Shown here: positions 1 through 10,705 of the stretch, piece by piece | Position numbering within the stretch: the first letter of the stretch is position 1 | How the letters are laid out: every line of letters begins with the position of its first letter | Assembly: GCF_963921235.1 (NCBI RefSeq) | Contig: NC_086097.1 | Span: 116,686,001 to 116,750,000 of the forward strand | Length of the DNA stretch: 64,000 nucleotides | From: Mobula hypostoma | Taxonomy: Eukaryota | Reading direction: 5' to 3' | Translations under genes and position numbers: made by a program | Notes under the pieces: model-generated | Seen by the model: only the letters and a program-made list of their open reading frames with translations | The model's database searches: none | What the model was told of the DNA's origin: nothing

Positions 1-489
1 ATGTAGGAAATGGGGCACAACCATGTTTACCCATTACTTTGAGCGGATGATACAAATGAAGATCAATTTAATTATCTGGAAATTTCACCCACTGGCACCT
101 TTATATAAAATGCATGTATCAAAAATTTTCTCTGCTTTTAAGTTTTAATTGTGTCTGTCAATTACTTCTGAAGTCCTACCCATCCAGAAAGTGGACCAAG
201 CATTTCTGTAACAATGCATGCATCACCACATGGCTTTTATTTCTTTGTCTGGCTTTGGGCTTCTGACAGTGTCATCAACGTGCATGGCCTATTTCAGTTA
301 CTTAATGACCGAAGATGGATAAAAGATAATCACTTACGCCATTCCTCAGTATCTCAAATACTGAGACAGGCTGGGTTTTTCCTGGAAATCAATGTTATTT
401 TTATATATGTATATGTGTGTATATATATATATTCACACACAAGCATTTATATAAATGTATAACGTATAAACTTTGGAACTTAGGAGAGG

Positions 490-1008
490 GAGGAGCTAAA
501 GATGGTGCCAGAGATTGTTGCAGACCCAAGCGACTTCTCTCTCTCTGGATGGTGAACGAGAGTCTGTTGGTCCTCGAGTTGGGGAACTCAGACAAGCAAT
601 GTGGCAGATTGTGAAATCAAAATAGTGAGCTCTCCTGCTCTTGTTTTTTTTGCGGGAGCTACATATCTCTCTCCCTCGCTTGTGGGAGAAAGCCTGTCTG
701 AGAAGTTGATGTATTGAGATGAGCAATGGTTTTTTGACGGACTCTAGACCACGGTTTCTTTGGGGCTTTGCTGTTACTTGCATGGTGGGTGGTGGGGGTG
801 CTGATGCTTTGCTGGAGCAAGTGAGGGGGGAGAGAGTCAGTGCTTTTGCTTGTGCATAGGAGAGCTCTGGGCTTCTGATATTTTCTGTCATTCATTCCTT
901 GGGGTTTTTTCCTGTTTCGTGGATGTCCGTGAAGTGTAAGAATTTCAGGTTGTATACTGTATACATTTTCCGATATTAAATTGAACCATTGAATCTTTGA
1001 ACCATTGA
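490..1008 (+). mobile_element. Unclassified non-autonomous retroposon-like repeat with (TTGAACC)-type tail
   Basis: Ends in ATTAAA followed by TTGAACCATTGAATCTTTGAACCATTGA, similar to the short-repeat tails of the Rex1/Babar-like copies in this window. No coding similarity recognised. Confidence 0.35.
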
Positions 1009-1504
1009 CTTCAAAAGCAATTTTGACTACAAAACTCCAGCATCAATAGGCCTCTGTAAAGGTGTCTTTGAACTAGTAACTATGGCTCACAAGTAAACTA
1101 TGACCAGATGCTGTTGTTGATTCTGGGAGCTTGATCCTGTGTGTTCACATGCAAATGAGGTCACGTTTTTAGGTAGGACAGTAGTAGCAAGAGGGAAATG
1201 TGCAAATCAGGTTTTAATGTTCTTGAAGGGGAGACAACATGATTTTCTAAAGCAAGGAAGTCCCAAAGTTGTAGCTTCATTTTGCTTTTGGTTTAGCACA
1301 TCGAGAGTGACTGTAGTACAATTCCTATATAATTATGTACTAATTGCTCCAAAACAATCTTAATTCTTTCTACAGTTTGTAAATTATTTTCTGTAGATCT
1401 GTGTCTTCACTTTTAGAACCTGTACTGTACCAATGTACTAGTTTTGCTTTGAAGTGTAAATATTATTGGAATAAAATGATTAGATCCTTAAAAAGCAAGA
1501 GAAA

Positions 1505-1597
1505 ACCTGCCGAAGGATTTTGGCCCGTAACGTCGACTGTACTATGTTCCTGGATGCTGCCTGGCCTGCTGAGTTCCTCCTGCATTTTGTGTGTGTA
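1505..1597 (+). mobile_element. Penelope-like element terminal-repeat fragment
   Basis: Contains GATGCTGCCTGGCCTGCTGAGTTCCTCC...CATTTTGTGTGT, the same motif attached to the GIY-YIG fragment at 39810-40330. Confidence 0.55.
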
Positions 1598-1637
1598 GAT
1601 CCGTAAAAAACTCCTTTTTTTTGCTGTTTATTGCAAT

Positions 1638-1735
1638 TCACACAAAATACTGGAAGAACCCAGTAGGTGAGGCAGCATCTATGGAGAGAAATAAAAATGT
1701 TGACGGTTCGGTGGAGAACCCTTCATCAGGATTGC
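1638..1735 (-). mobile_element. Penelope-like element terminal-repeat fragment (inverted relative to 1505-1597)
   Basis: Reverse complement contains CCTGATGAAGGG...GATGCTGCCTCACCTACTGGGTTCTTCCAGTATTTTGTGTG. Confidence 0.55.
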
Positions 1736-1758
1736 TGAGTTCCTCCAGTATTTTGAGA

Positions 1759-2865
1759 TCATAAGACATAGGAGCAGGATTAGGCCATTCTACCCATCAA
1801 GTATGCTCCACCATTCAATCGTGGCTGATTTATTTTCCATCTTTCTTTTATTTAAATATACCCAATGACTTGGTGTGCACAGCTGTCTGTGGCAATGAAT
1901 TCCACAGATGCACCATCCTCTGGCTAAAGAAATTCACATGTCATCCTTCTATTCCAAGACTGTGCCCTCTGGGCCTAAATGCTCCCGCTATTGGAAATAT
2001 TCTCTCTCTGAATTGAAATGAATTGAATGATCCTTATTGTCTTTATACATAGGTACAATGAAATGCTGTTTGCCTCCTCTCAGGCAATTAAATAAAGTGG
2101 TAGATAAAAACAAGACAACAATAGAGAAAACAGTATTAAATAAATAAGTAGCAGAAAATAAGTTGCAGCAGCACCAGGATATCACAGTAATGCACAAAGT
2201 GCCGTGAGTGCAAGTATTTGAGTCCTTGCATGTGTGTGCTCACAGTTTCATTGTTCTGTGGGAGTGGTGTGATGGAGGCCACAGCTCTGAGATAGAAGCT
2301 GTTCCTCAGTCTATTTATTCTGGCTTTTAGTGTCCTGAACCTTTTGCTGGAGGGCAACGGGTCAAACAGGGAGTGGCCTCTGCTGATTGCTTTCCTCCTG
2401 AGTCTGCTGGAACAGATGGTGTCCAGTCCTGGCAGCCTGACAATTCACTGGGCCGCCTTCACCACGCGATGCTGGTCTTGCCGCTCCCTATCTAGGCCTT
2501 TCAATATTCAGTGGGGTTCAACGAGACACTCCCCCCCACCCCTATTCTTCTAAACTCCAGTGAGTACAGGCCCAGATCCATCAGGCACTCTCCATTTGTT
2601 AGCATTTTCATTCCTGGGATCGTTCTTGTGAACCTCTTCTGGACTGTGTGCAATGCTTGCACATCCTTTATTAAATAAGGGGCCCAAACTGCTCACAATA
2701 CTCCAAGTACAGTCTGACCAATGCTTTGTAATGCCTCAGCATTACATTCTTGCTTTAAATTCTAGTTCTCTCTAACATTTTGCTGCCATTGCATTTGCTT
2801 TCCGTACTACCATCTTAACCTTCAAGTTATCCTTGAGGTAATCCTGCACTGGGACTCCCAAGGCT
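1759..2865 (-). mobile_element. CR1-clade LINE 3' fragment, interrupted by a Rex1/Babar-like fragment
   Basis: Tail CATAAGACATAGG at 1760. Degraded ORF2 C-terminus matches other CR1 copies in the window. Homology breaks at ~2009 and resumes at ~2481. Confidence 0.75.
2010..2480 (-). mobile_element. Rex1/Babar-like LINE 3' fragment
   Basis: ORF 2136..2357 reads PSSKRFRTLKARINRLRNSFY, typical of the Rex1/Babar C-terminus. Short-repeat tail at 2010-2030. Confidence 0.7.
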
Positions 2866-3785
2866 TGGTCAAATTCTGAAAACTCTGCAGAGAACTCAAA
2901 CTTTATACCCAACAGTTGATTTCAGTCCCACCTCATCTATGTGACATCCCTCCCTCATTCTCTACCTCCTCCACCTGCTTTCGTGTGTGTTGCTCTGGAT
3001 TTCCAGCATCTACAGGCTCTCTTGTATTGTGTTTATTTCTCTCAGCATAATGGCATGTATAATGTAATTGCTACTTATTTACCTCTTCATTTTTGTGAAT
3101 GCTCCTGGATTTTTGCATGCTGCAATGTACAGTGGTTATTCAATACTCCCTTCTTCAGGGTAACAGACCCTTCATTTTGTTTCATTGATGAACTGCCATT
3201 TGTTGCTCTCTTTGGGTGCACCTCCTCTGCAAATACACATAAAATTTATCATCTAACTGTAAAAGGCATGCTTTGATTTATTAGCTATTATCAACAATTA
3301 TTTTCATATTTGCAAAATGCTGAACATATTAGGTACAGAGCATGTCAGTTACAAGACAAATTAGTGTGATATTACTGCAGTTGTGATAGGATCTGCAGCT
3401 TGTTTTCAGTTTTTGCTGATCCGACCACCTTCTCTGCACGTACTTCAAAGCAATGGGATCACCTTTCAATTTATCTCCTGACATAGATTGGTGTTGTGAA
3501 TCGACCACTTGATACATAGACCAACTGAGATTTCATTTCCATAGTGCTGAAGAGCAGCTGAATTCAGTTCCAGAAAGGCAGCCTATAATGTTGTTTTTCA
3601 AGTCCTGTTCCTGTCATTTGGTTGTTAAATGTAATGGGGAAATTGGTAATCTTTTCCCATTATGTTGAAGTAATAAGAAAGTCTTTCTCCGGAAGAGCGC
3701 AGTAGTAATTAGAATCATTAGCAGCCTGTTTATCTACAGAATCTTGAATTTGGATGAAGCATCCACTTTATTACGTACATGCTGT

Positions 3786-4187
3786 ATTTAGTAAACTGGC
3801 CACTGAGTGTACGTTTGTGGTCTTCTGCTGCAGTGGCCCACCTCCTTCAAGGTTCAATGTGTTGTGTGTTCAGAAATGCTCTTCTGCACACTATATGGTT
3901 TTATGTGTTTTCTACCATTCCCTGTAAGCGCTAGAGACTTTAGTGCTGGAAAATCCCAGGAGATCGGCAGTTTCTGAGATACTGAAACCACCCCGTCTGG
4001 CACCATGGTCAAAGCTACTTAGATTACTTTTCTTCCCTCTTCTGATGTCTGGTCTCAACAACAACTGAACCTCTTGACCATGTTTGCATGCTTTTATGCA
4101 TTGAGCTGCTGCCACATGATTGGTTGATTAGATATTTGTATTAACATGCAGATGTAGAGGTGTGCCTAATAAAGTGGCCATTGAGTA
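3786..4187 (-). mobile_element. Non-autonomous Tc1/mariner derivative (HTH N-terminus plus TIR remnant)
   Basis: ORF 3912..4115 contains KKSNLSSFD..GARRGGFSISETADLLGFS...YREW (Tc1 paired-like HTH). TIR-like TAATAAAGTGGCCATTGAGT near 4168-4186. Confidence 0.7.
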
Positions 4188-4314
4188 GAGGTTTCCACTC
4201 TCATGTTCCTGTCATTCAGTTGGCTTATTTTAAAATATAATGGGGAAAATGCAAATCATTTCCCACTATTTTTGAAATAATGAGCAAGTCTTTCCCTGGA
4301 GGAGCATAGTAGTA

Positions 4315-7300
4315 ATGATGCTGGATTCCAAGAGGGGCAATTTCGAGAATGCCTATGAGATGCCTTTGTAGAGCGGCTCATTGTTGAGCCCATAGGTGAG
4401 CAGCTATTCTGGATTGGGTGTTGTGCCATGGAACAGAATTGATTTGAGAGCTTAAGGTAAAAGAACCCTTAGGGGAAAGTGATCATCATATGATCGAATT
4501 CACCCAGAAAATTGAGAATGAGAAGCTTATGTCAGATGCAGTGGTATTACAGTGGAGTAAAGGGAATTACAGAGGCATGAGAGAGGAGTTCACCAGAATT
4601 AGTTGGAAAAGGACACTGGCAGGGATGATGGCAGAGCAACAATGGTTAGAATTTCTGTAGGCAATTCAGAAAGCACAGGCTGTGGCTAACAAGAGAAATC
4701 AAAGTCAACGTAGAGAGGGCAATTTTTAAAGTAGAAATCAGTGAGAAGTTAGAGAATAGGGAAGCTTTTGAAAACCAGCAGAAGACAAGTAAAAAAGTCA
4801 CTAATGAGGTAAGGATGGAATACAAAAGTAAGCCAGCCAATAATATTAAAGAGGAAACCAAAATTTTCTTCAGATAGATAATGTGTAAAAAAGGGATGAG
4901 AGTGGATATCGGACCACTGGAAAACGATGCTGGAGAGGTATTAATGAGGTAGGCAAGGAAGTGGCAAATGAACTGAATAAGTATTTTGCATCAGTCATCA
5001 CAGCGGAAGACACTAGCAGTATGGTGGAAGTTGCATGTGTGAGGGGTCATGAACCATGAAGAGTGTGAAGTCACCATAACTAGAGAGAAGGTTCTTGGGA
5101 AACTGAAAGGTTTGAATCTGAATTAGAATCAGGCTTATTATCACTGGCATGAGATGTGAAATTTATTAACTTAGCAGCAACAGTTCAATGCAATACATAA
5201 TCTAGCAGAGAGAAAAAAAGCATAATAATAAATAAACAAGCAAATCAATCACGTACATTGAATATATTATTTAAAATGTGCAAAAACAGAAATACCTTAT
5301 ATTAAAAAAGTGAGGTAGTGTCCAAAGCTTCAATGTCCATTTAGGAATTGGATGGCAGAGGGGAAGAAGCTGTTCCTGAATCGCCTGAGTGTGTGCCTTC
5401 AGGCTTCTGTATCTCCTATCTGATGGTAACAGTGAGAAAAGGGCATGCCCTGGGTGCTGGAGGTCTTTAATAATGGACGCTGCCTTTCTGAGACACCGCT
5501 ACCTAAAGATGTCCTGGGTACTTTGTAGGCTAGTGCCCAAGATGGAACTGACTAGATTTACAACATTCTGTAGCTTCTTTCGGTCCTGTGCAGTAGCCCC
5601 TCCATACCAGACAGTGATGCAGCCTGTCAGAATGCTCTCCACAGTACAACTATAGAAGTTTTTAAGTGTATTTGCTGACATGCCAAATCTCTTCAAACTC
5701 CTAATAAAGTATAGCCGCTGTCTTGCTTCCTTTATGGCTACATCAATATGTTGGGACTAGGTTAGATCTTCAGAGATCTTGACACCCAGGGACTTAAAGC
5801 TGCTCACTCTCTCCACTTCTGATCCCTCTATGAGGATTGGTATGTGTTCCTTCATCTTACCCTTCCTGAAGTCCACAATCAATTCTTTCGTCTTACTGAT
5901 GTTGAGTGCCAGGTTGTTGCTGTGGCACCATTTCACTAGTTGGCATATCTGACTCCTGTATGCCCTCTTGTCACTAGCTGATATTCTACCAACAATGGTT
6001 GTATTATCAGCAAATTTGAGCTATGCCTAGCCACACAGTCATGGGTATACAGAGAGTAAAACAGTGGGCTAAGCACGCACCCCTGAGGTGCACTGGTGTT
6101 GATCATCAGCAAAGAGTATGTTATCAACAATCCGCACAGACTGTGGTCTGTAAATAAGTCACCTGGACCAGATGGACTTCACCCCATGGTTCTGAAAGAG
6201 ATAGCAGAAGAGATTGTGGAGGCATTAGTAATGATCTTTCAAGAATCAGTAGATTCTGAAATGGTTCTGAAAGACTGGAAATTGCTAATGTCACTTCACT
6301 CTTCAAGAAGAGAGAGGCAGAACACAAGAAATTATGGGTCAGCTAGTCTGACATCAGTCATTGGGAAGGTGTTGTTAAGGATAAGGTCTCAGGGTACTTG
6401 GAGGCACATTTAAAAAATAGGCTGTAGTCAGCATAGTTTCCTCAAGGGAAAATTTTGCCTGACAAGTCTGTTGGAATTCTTTAATGAAACTGCAAGCAGG
6501 ATCAACAAAGGAGGATCAGTTGACGTTGTGTACTTGGATTTTCAAAGGGCTTTTGACAAGCTGCTATACATGAGGCTGCTTAACAAGCTATGAGCCCATG
6601 GTATTAAAGGAAAAGTTCTAGCTTGGATAAACCAGTGGCAGGAGGCAAAGAGTGAGAATAAGGGGAGCCTTTTCTGGTTGGCAGCCGATGACGAGTGGTT
6701 TTCCACAGGGATGTGTGTTGGAACCAATTATTTTTATGTTATACGTTATTGATTTGGATGATGAAATTGATGGCTTTGTTGCAAATTTTGCAGAAAATAT
6801 GAAGATAGCTGGAAAGGTGGGTAGTTTTGAGGTAGTAGAGAGGCTGCAGAAAGATCTTGATAGATTAGGAGAATAAGCAAAGAAATGACAGATGGAATAC
6901 CGTGTCAGGAAGAGTATGGTTATGCACTTTGGTAGAGAAAATGAAAGGATTGACTATTTTCTAAATGGAGAGAAGATGTGAAAAACTGAGGCACAGAGGG
7001 AATTGGGAGTCTTTGTGATGGATTCCCTAAAGGTTAATTTGCAGGTTGAGTCAGTGGTGAGGAAGGCAAATGCGATGTTAGCATTCATTTCAAGAGCACT
7101 AGATTATAAAGGCAAGGGTGTAATGTTGAGACTTTAGAAAGCACAGTTGAGTCCTCTCTTGGAGTATTGTGAGCAATTTTGGGCCTGTTATCTTGGAAAA
7201 GATATGCTGAACAGGAGAGAGTTTGAAACAGGTTCATGAAAATAATTCCAGGATTGAATGACTTGTCATATAAAGAACGTTTGATTGTTCTGGGCCTGTA

Positions 7301-7678
7301 TTCACTGGAATTCAGAAAAATGAAAGGTGACTTCATTAAAACCTATTGAATGGGGAAAGGCCTTGATACAGTCAATGTGAAGAGGATGGTGGGAGAGTCT
7401 TAAGACCAGAGGCCACTGCCGCAGAATAGAGGGGCATCCTTTTAGGGTGGAAACAAGGAAAAAAAACTCTTTCGCTTGAGAGTGGTGAATCTGTGGAATT
7501 CTTTGTCACAGGCAGCTGTGGAGGCAATGCCTTTATGTATATTTAAGGCAGACGTTGATTGGTCAGGACATGGAGGGATACAAGGGTAAGGTAAGAGATT
7601 GGCACTGAGAGGAAAATTGGATCAGTTATGATGAAATGACATAATTCTGCTCCTATACCTTATAGTCTTGTGGTCTAA
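4315..7678 (+). mobile_element. Degraded 5'-truncated CR1-clade LINE (ORF2 remnant), interrupted at ~5117-6150
   Basis: ORF fragments KSPGPDGLHP, SGFPQG and ERLQKDLDRLGE. CR1-type 3' end at ~7640-7678. Confidence 0.85.
5117..6150 (-). mobile_element. Rex1/Babar-like LINE 3' part nested in a CR1
   Basis: Minus-strand ORFs SAPQGCVLSPLFYSLYTHDC and NFYSCTVESILTGCITVWYG. (CTGATT)-type tail at ~5117-5132. Host CR1 reading continues across the insertion. Confidence 0.85.
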
Positions 7679-8485
7679 TTAGAGTTGATAATAAGGAAGT
7701 AGTTGTCAGATGGTTTTGATACAGCATCTCGACTTTGTATAACTTCCCATTACAGCATGTTTCCAACTAACTAGGTTTATGGGCTACCCCCAGTGTGTTA
7801 GTTGTTAACTCAAGTGACACGATGCTCTACATGCTGCAATGTACAGTGTATGTGATAAATAAATCTGAATCTCTTCTTGAATCATAGAGATTTCAAAAGT
7901 ATAATAATTATTATGTGAACCATTCAGAGATTATAATTGTTATTGTTATTACTAATTTCCATTGATCAGTGATCAATTCCCCATTCTCTTCTAGATTGCT
8001 TTTGTACTGTTACTCTATTCTAAAACAACAATGTCTACAATCATTCTCATCTCTATTGCTTTGTCATTATCTTCAGAAAATATCTGTTCCTCATCCTATG
8101 TTCATCAGTTGAAAAGAAAGCATATGTTTATCTCTTAAAGTAAGTTATGGAGTATAAATTCAGTGGGAGTTTCTTTGTGTAGCTTGCCATGTTCCCAGCA
8201 TATCTAATTTTTAGTAATCAATATGTATTACTGGAAAATCAAGGCTATCTCAGAAATAACATTGGTATCAGAGGTAGCTATTGTTTAATAATTATGAAAG
8301 ACCTCTGAGACCCAAAATGGTGTTTGAAGTACTCATATATATTTTTAGCCCAGATATTGATAAGGACTTAGTGTGTGTACCCTGATTGTATGCAGATCTG
8401 GCCAATCATGATGCTTGAGTGTCATGTAGATTTGACTTCAGTTCTGCCATTTTGAGCTATCCTTTCAACTTTCTGAAGAGGACAG

Positions 8486-8550
8486 CTTCTTTTTCTTCTT
8501 CTTCCTCCTCCTCTTCTTCTACCCCTTCTTTTTTCCTTCTTCCTCTTTTA

Positions 8551-8581
<31 letters not shown>

Positions 8582-8799
8582 TTCTTCTTCTTCTTCTTCT
8601 TCCTCTTCTACTTCTTCTTCTTGCTCTTCTACTTTTTTCTTCTTCCTCTTCTACTTCTTCTTCTTCTCCTTCTCCTTCTTCTTCTCCTTCTTCTTCTTCT
8701 TCTTCTTCTTCTTCTTCTTCTTCTTCTTCTTCTTCTTCTTCTTCATCTTCTGCTTCTTCTTCTTCTTCTTCTTCTTCCTCCTCCTCCTCCTCCCCCCCT
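8486..8799. repeat. Imperfect (TTC/TCC)n polypyrimidine microsatellite, ~310 bp
   Basis: Directly visible. It generates the artefactual poly-Leu and poly-Ser ORFs. Confidence 0.97.
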
Positions 8800-9232
8800 T
8801 GCTACTGGGGCATAGGCTGCTGACAGCAGCTCACGAAAGTCCTCAGTCGGAGTATTCAGAAGGACTGCACTAAAGTCAAGTGCTATAGGTATGGAACAGA
8901 GGACTGGCCTTTTTTGTAATGTGCTTTATAGTGAATTGTCAGTTTCTGTTCAGTCATAGCTGATCTATGATTCTGTAATTAGCAATATTTGCTGATTTTG
9001 CTGGTCTTTAAAGTTGTCCCAAGCTGTAACCCACCTTTGAAGATCTTTGCTCTCCTAAAGATGAGCTGTTTGCTCTCCCAAGGATGAAGTCTTTGCTCTC
9101 CCAGAGACGAGGTCTTTGGAGCTCCTGTTGGTGTTTATGTAGCTCTGAGTTTTTACAGAAAGAGGTTGCCAGCTCCATGCTCAACCCTCCTCTTTTTACA
9201 GCCATGCTTGGGACAATCAGTTGCGGAGTTAA
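8800..9232 (-). mobile_element. Short non-autonomous RTE-clade derivative (5'-UTR-like part joined to extreme 3' end)
   Basis: Reverse complement of 8800-8850 encodes AAVSSLCPS (RTE C-terminus-like) directly before the (GAA)n tract. 9002-9232 resembles RTE 5' leader sequence. About 150 bp of unrelated sequence lies between. Confidence 0.5.
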
Positions 9233-10125
9233 CACAAGGGTACCTCACCAGAAAAATTAAATTAATCAACTACTTATACGCAAATGACACAGTTCACTGT
9301 ATGTTTCGATGCACATGTGAGAAATAAAGTTAACCTTTTATCTTAAATCTTTATCTTCATGTGGATTTCTACTTGGTGTCTCTATAACTCTACAAGTATC
9401 TTGTGCTGTAACTGAAATCTTTGCAGTGTTAAGGACTGACACAGAGTAGATACTGCCAGACATGAATGGGTTGACATTCATTGCTTTCTTGTCGAGTTGA
9501 CTGGACAAATGAGCAGAGGTCCATACAAGGCAGGTGATGCTATTAGAAGATAGAGTAGAAGGAGAGGAGAAACTTGGCTCCAACAAGGAGGCTGTATCCT
9601 CTAGGTCTACCCATACATCGGTAAGAACATTATTTGTTTTATTCATTGAGATCATCCACAACTTGGAACACAGATCAGCATGTGATGTCATAGCCACTAG
9701 TGAGACCTGGCTGCAGGAGGGTCAGGACTGGCAGCTCTTTGTTCCAGAGGCTCCTTGTTTTAGTCATGATGGAAGGATGAGGTGGCATTACCCACCAGGT
9801 AAAATGTCATGGCAATGCTCAGAGAAGGTATGCTTGAGAGCCCATCTGCTGAGGAAATTTAGATGGAATTGAGGAATTTTACAGAAAGGAATGAACACAC
9901 TAGCAGTTGCAGGAAGTACAAAAGTGGTCACATGTAGGTAATTTTAATTTTCTGTGTATTGACTGGGACTCCATTCTGTAAAAGGACTAGATAAGGTAGA
10001 GTTTGTTAAATGTGTTCAAGGAAGTTTCTGTAATGAATATGTAGAGGTCCCAGCTAGAGAGGGGTTGGTACTGCATCTCCTTTTGGGGATGAGACAGAGC
10101 AGGTGTCAGAAGTGTGTGTAAGGGA

Positions 10126-10410
10126 TATTTATTTATTTATTGAGAGAAAGCACAGATTCGGTTTCGAACCTTTGAGCCACGCCATCTGGCAACCCCTGAT
10201 TTAATTCCAGCCCAGTCACAAGACAATTTATACTGAACAATTATTCCACCAAGCAATAACATCTTTGGAATATGAGAGGAAACCGGAGCACCTGGAGTAA
10301 ACCCATGCGGTCACAAGGTGAACATACAACCTGCTGGAACATAGACAATGGCAGGAATTGAACCTTGGTTGCTGGTACTATAAAGCATTTTGCTAGCCAC
10401 TACACTATCT
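10126..10410 (-). mobile_element. tRNA-derived V-domain SINE
   Basis: Reverse complement contains GGGTTTACTCCAGGTGCTCCGGTTTCCTCTCA (V-SINE core) and a B-box-like GGTTCAATTCC. Confidence 0.65.
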
Positions 10411-10705
10411 AGTGATCATAATTCTATTAGATTCAAGATAATTACAGAGAGGGATAATGCTGGTTCTTGGGTTAAGGTACTAAACTGGAAGAAGGCCAAT
10501 TTTGATGGTTTCAGAAGAGTTTAGAAGGTGTGGACTGGAATAGGTTGTTCTCTAACAAAGAGATGATTGGTAAATGGCAGGCCTTCAAAAGTGAATACTG
10601 AGGGAGAGAATCAACACGTTCCAGTTAAAATAAAAGGCACTGCTAACTGGTTTACAAAACCTTGATTACAAGGAATTAAGACCCTGGTAAAGAAAAAGAA
10701 GGAGA

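Noticed and set aside
3440..3480. Minus-strand exon-like segment (DKLKGDPIALK)
   Set aside because: Its end phase would create a stop if joined to the 381-338 candidate, and the splice signals are weak.
8077..8139. Plus-strand AG...GTAAGT exon-like segment (KYLFLILCSSVEKKAYVYLL)
   Set aside because: No recognisable protein, no partner exon, and opposite strand to the other weak candidates. Compatible with chance.
8419..8823. Poly-Leu and poly-Ser ORFs resembling a signal peptide or membrane protein
   Set aside because: They are translations of the (TTC)n microsatellite.
9338..9697. 119-aa minus-strand ORF and overlapping 112-aa plus-strand ORF
   Set aside because: No recognisable domain apart from overlap with the CR1 endonuclease remnant.
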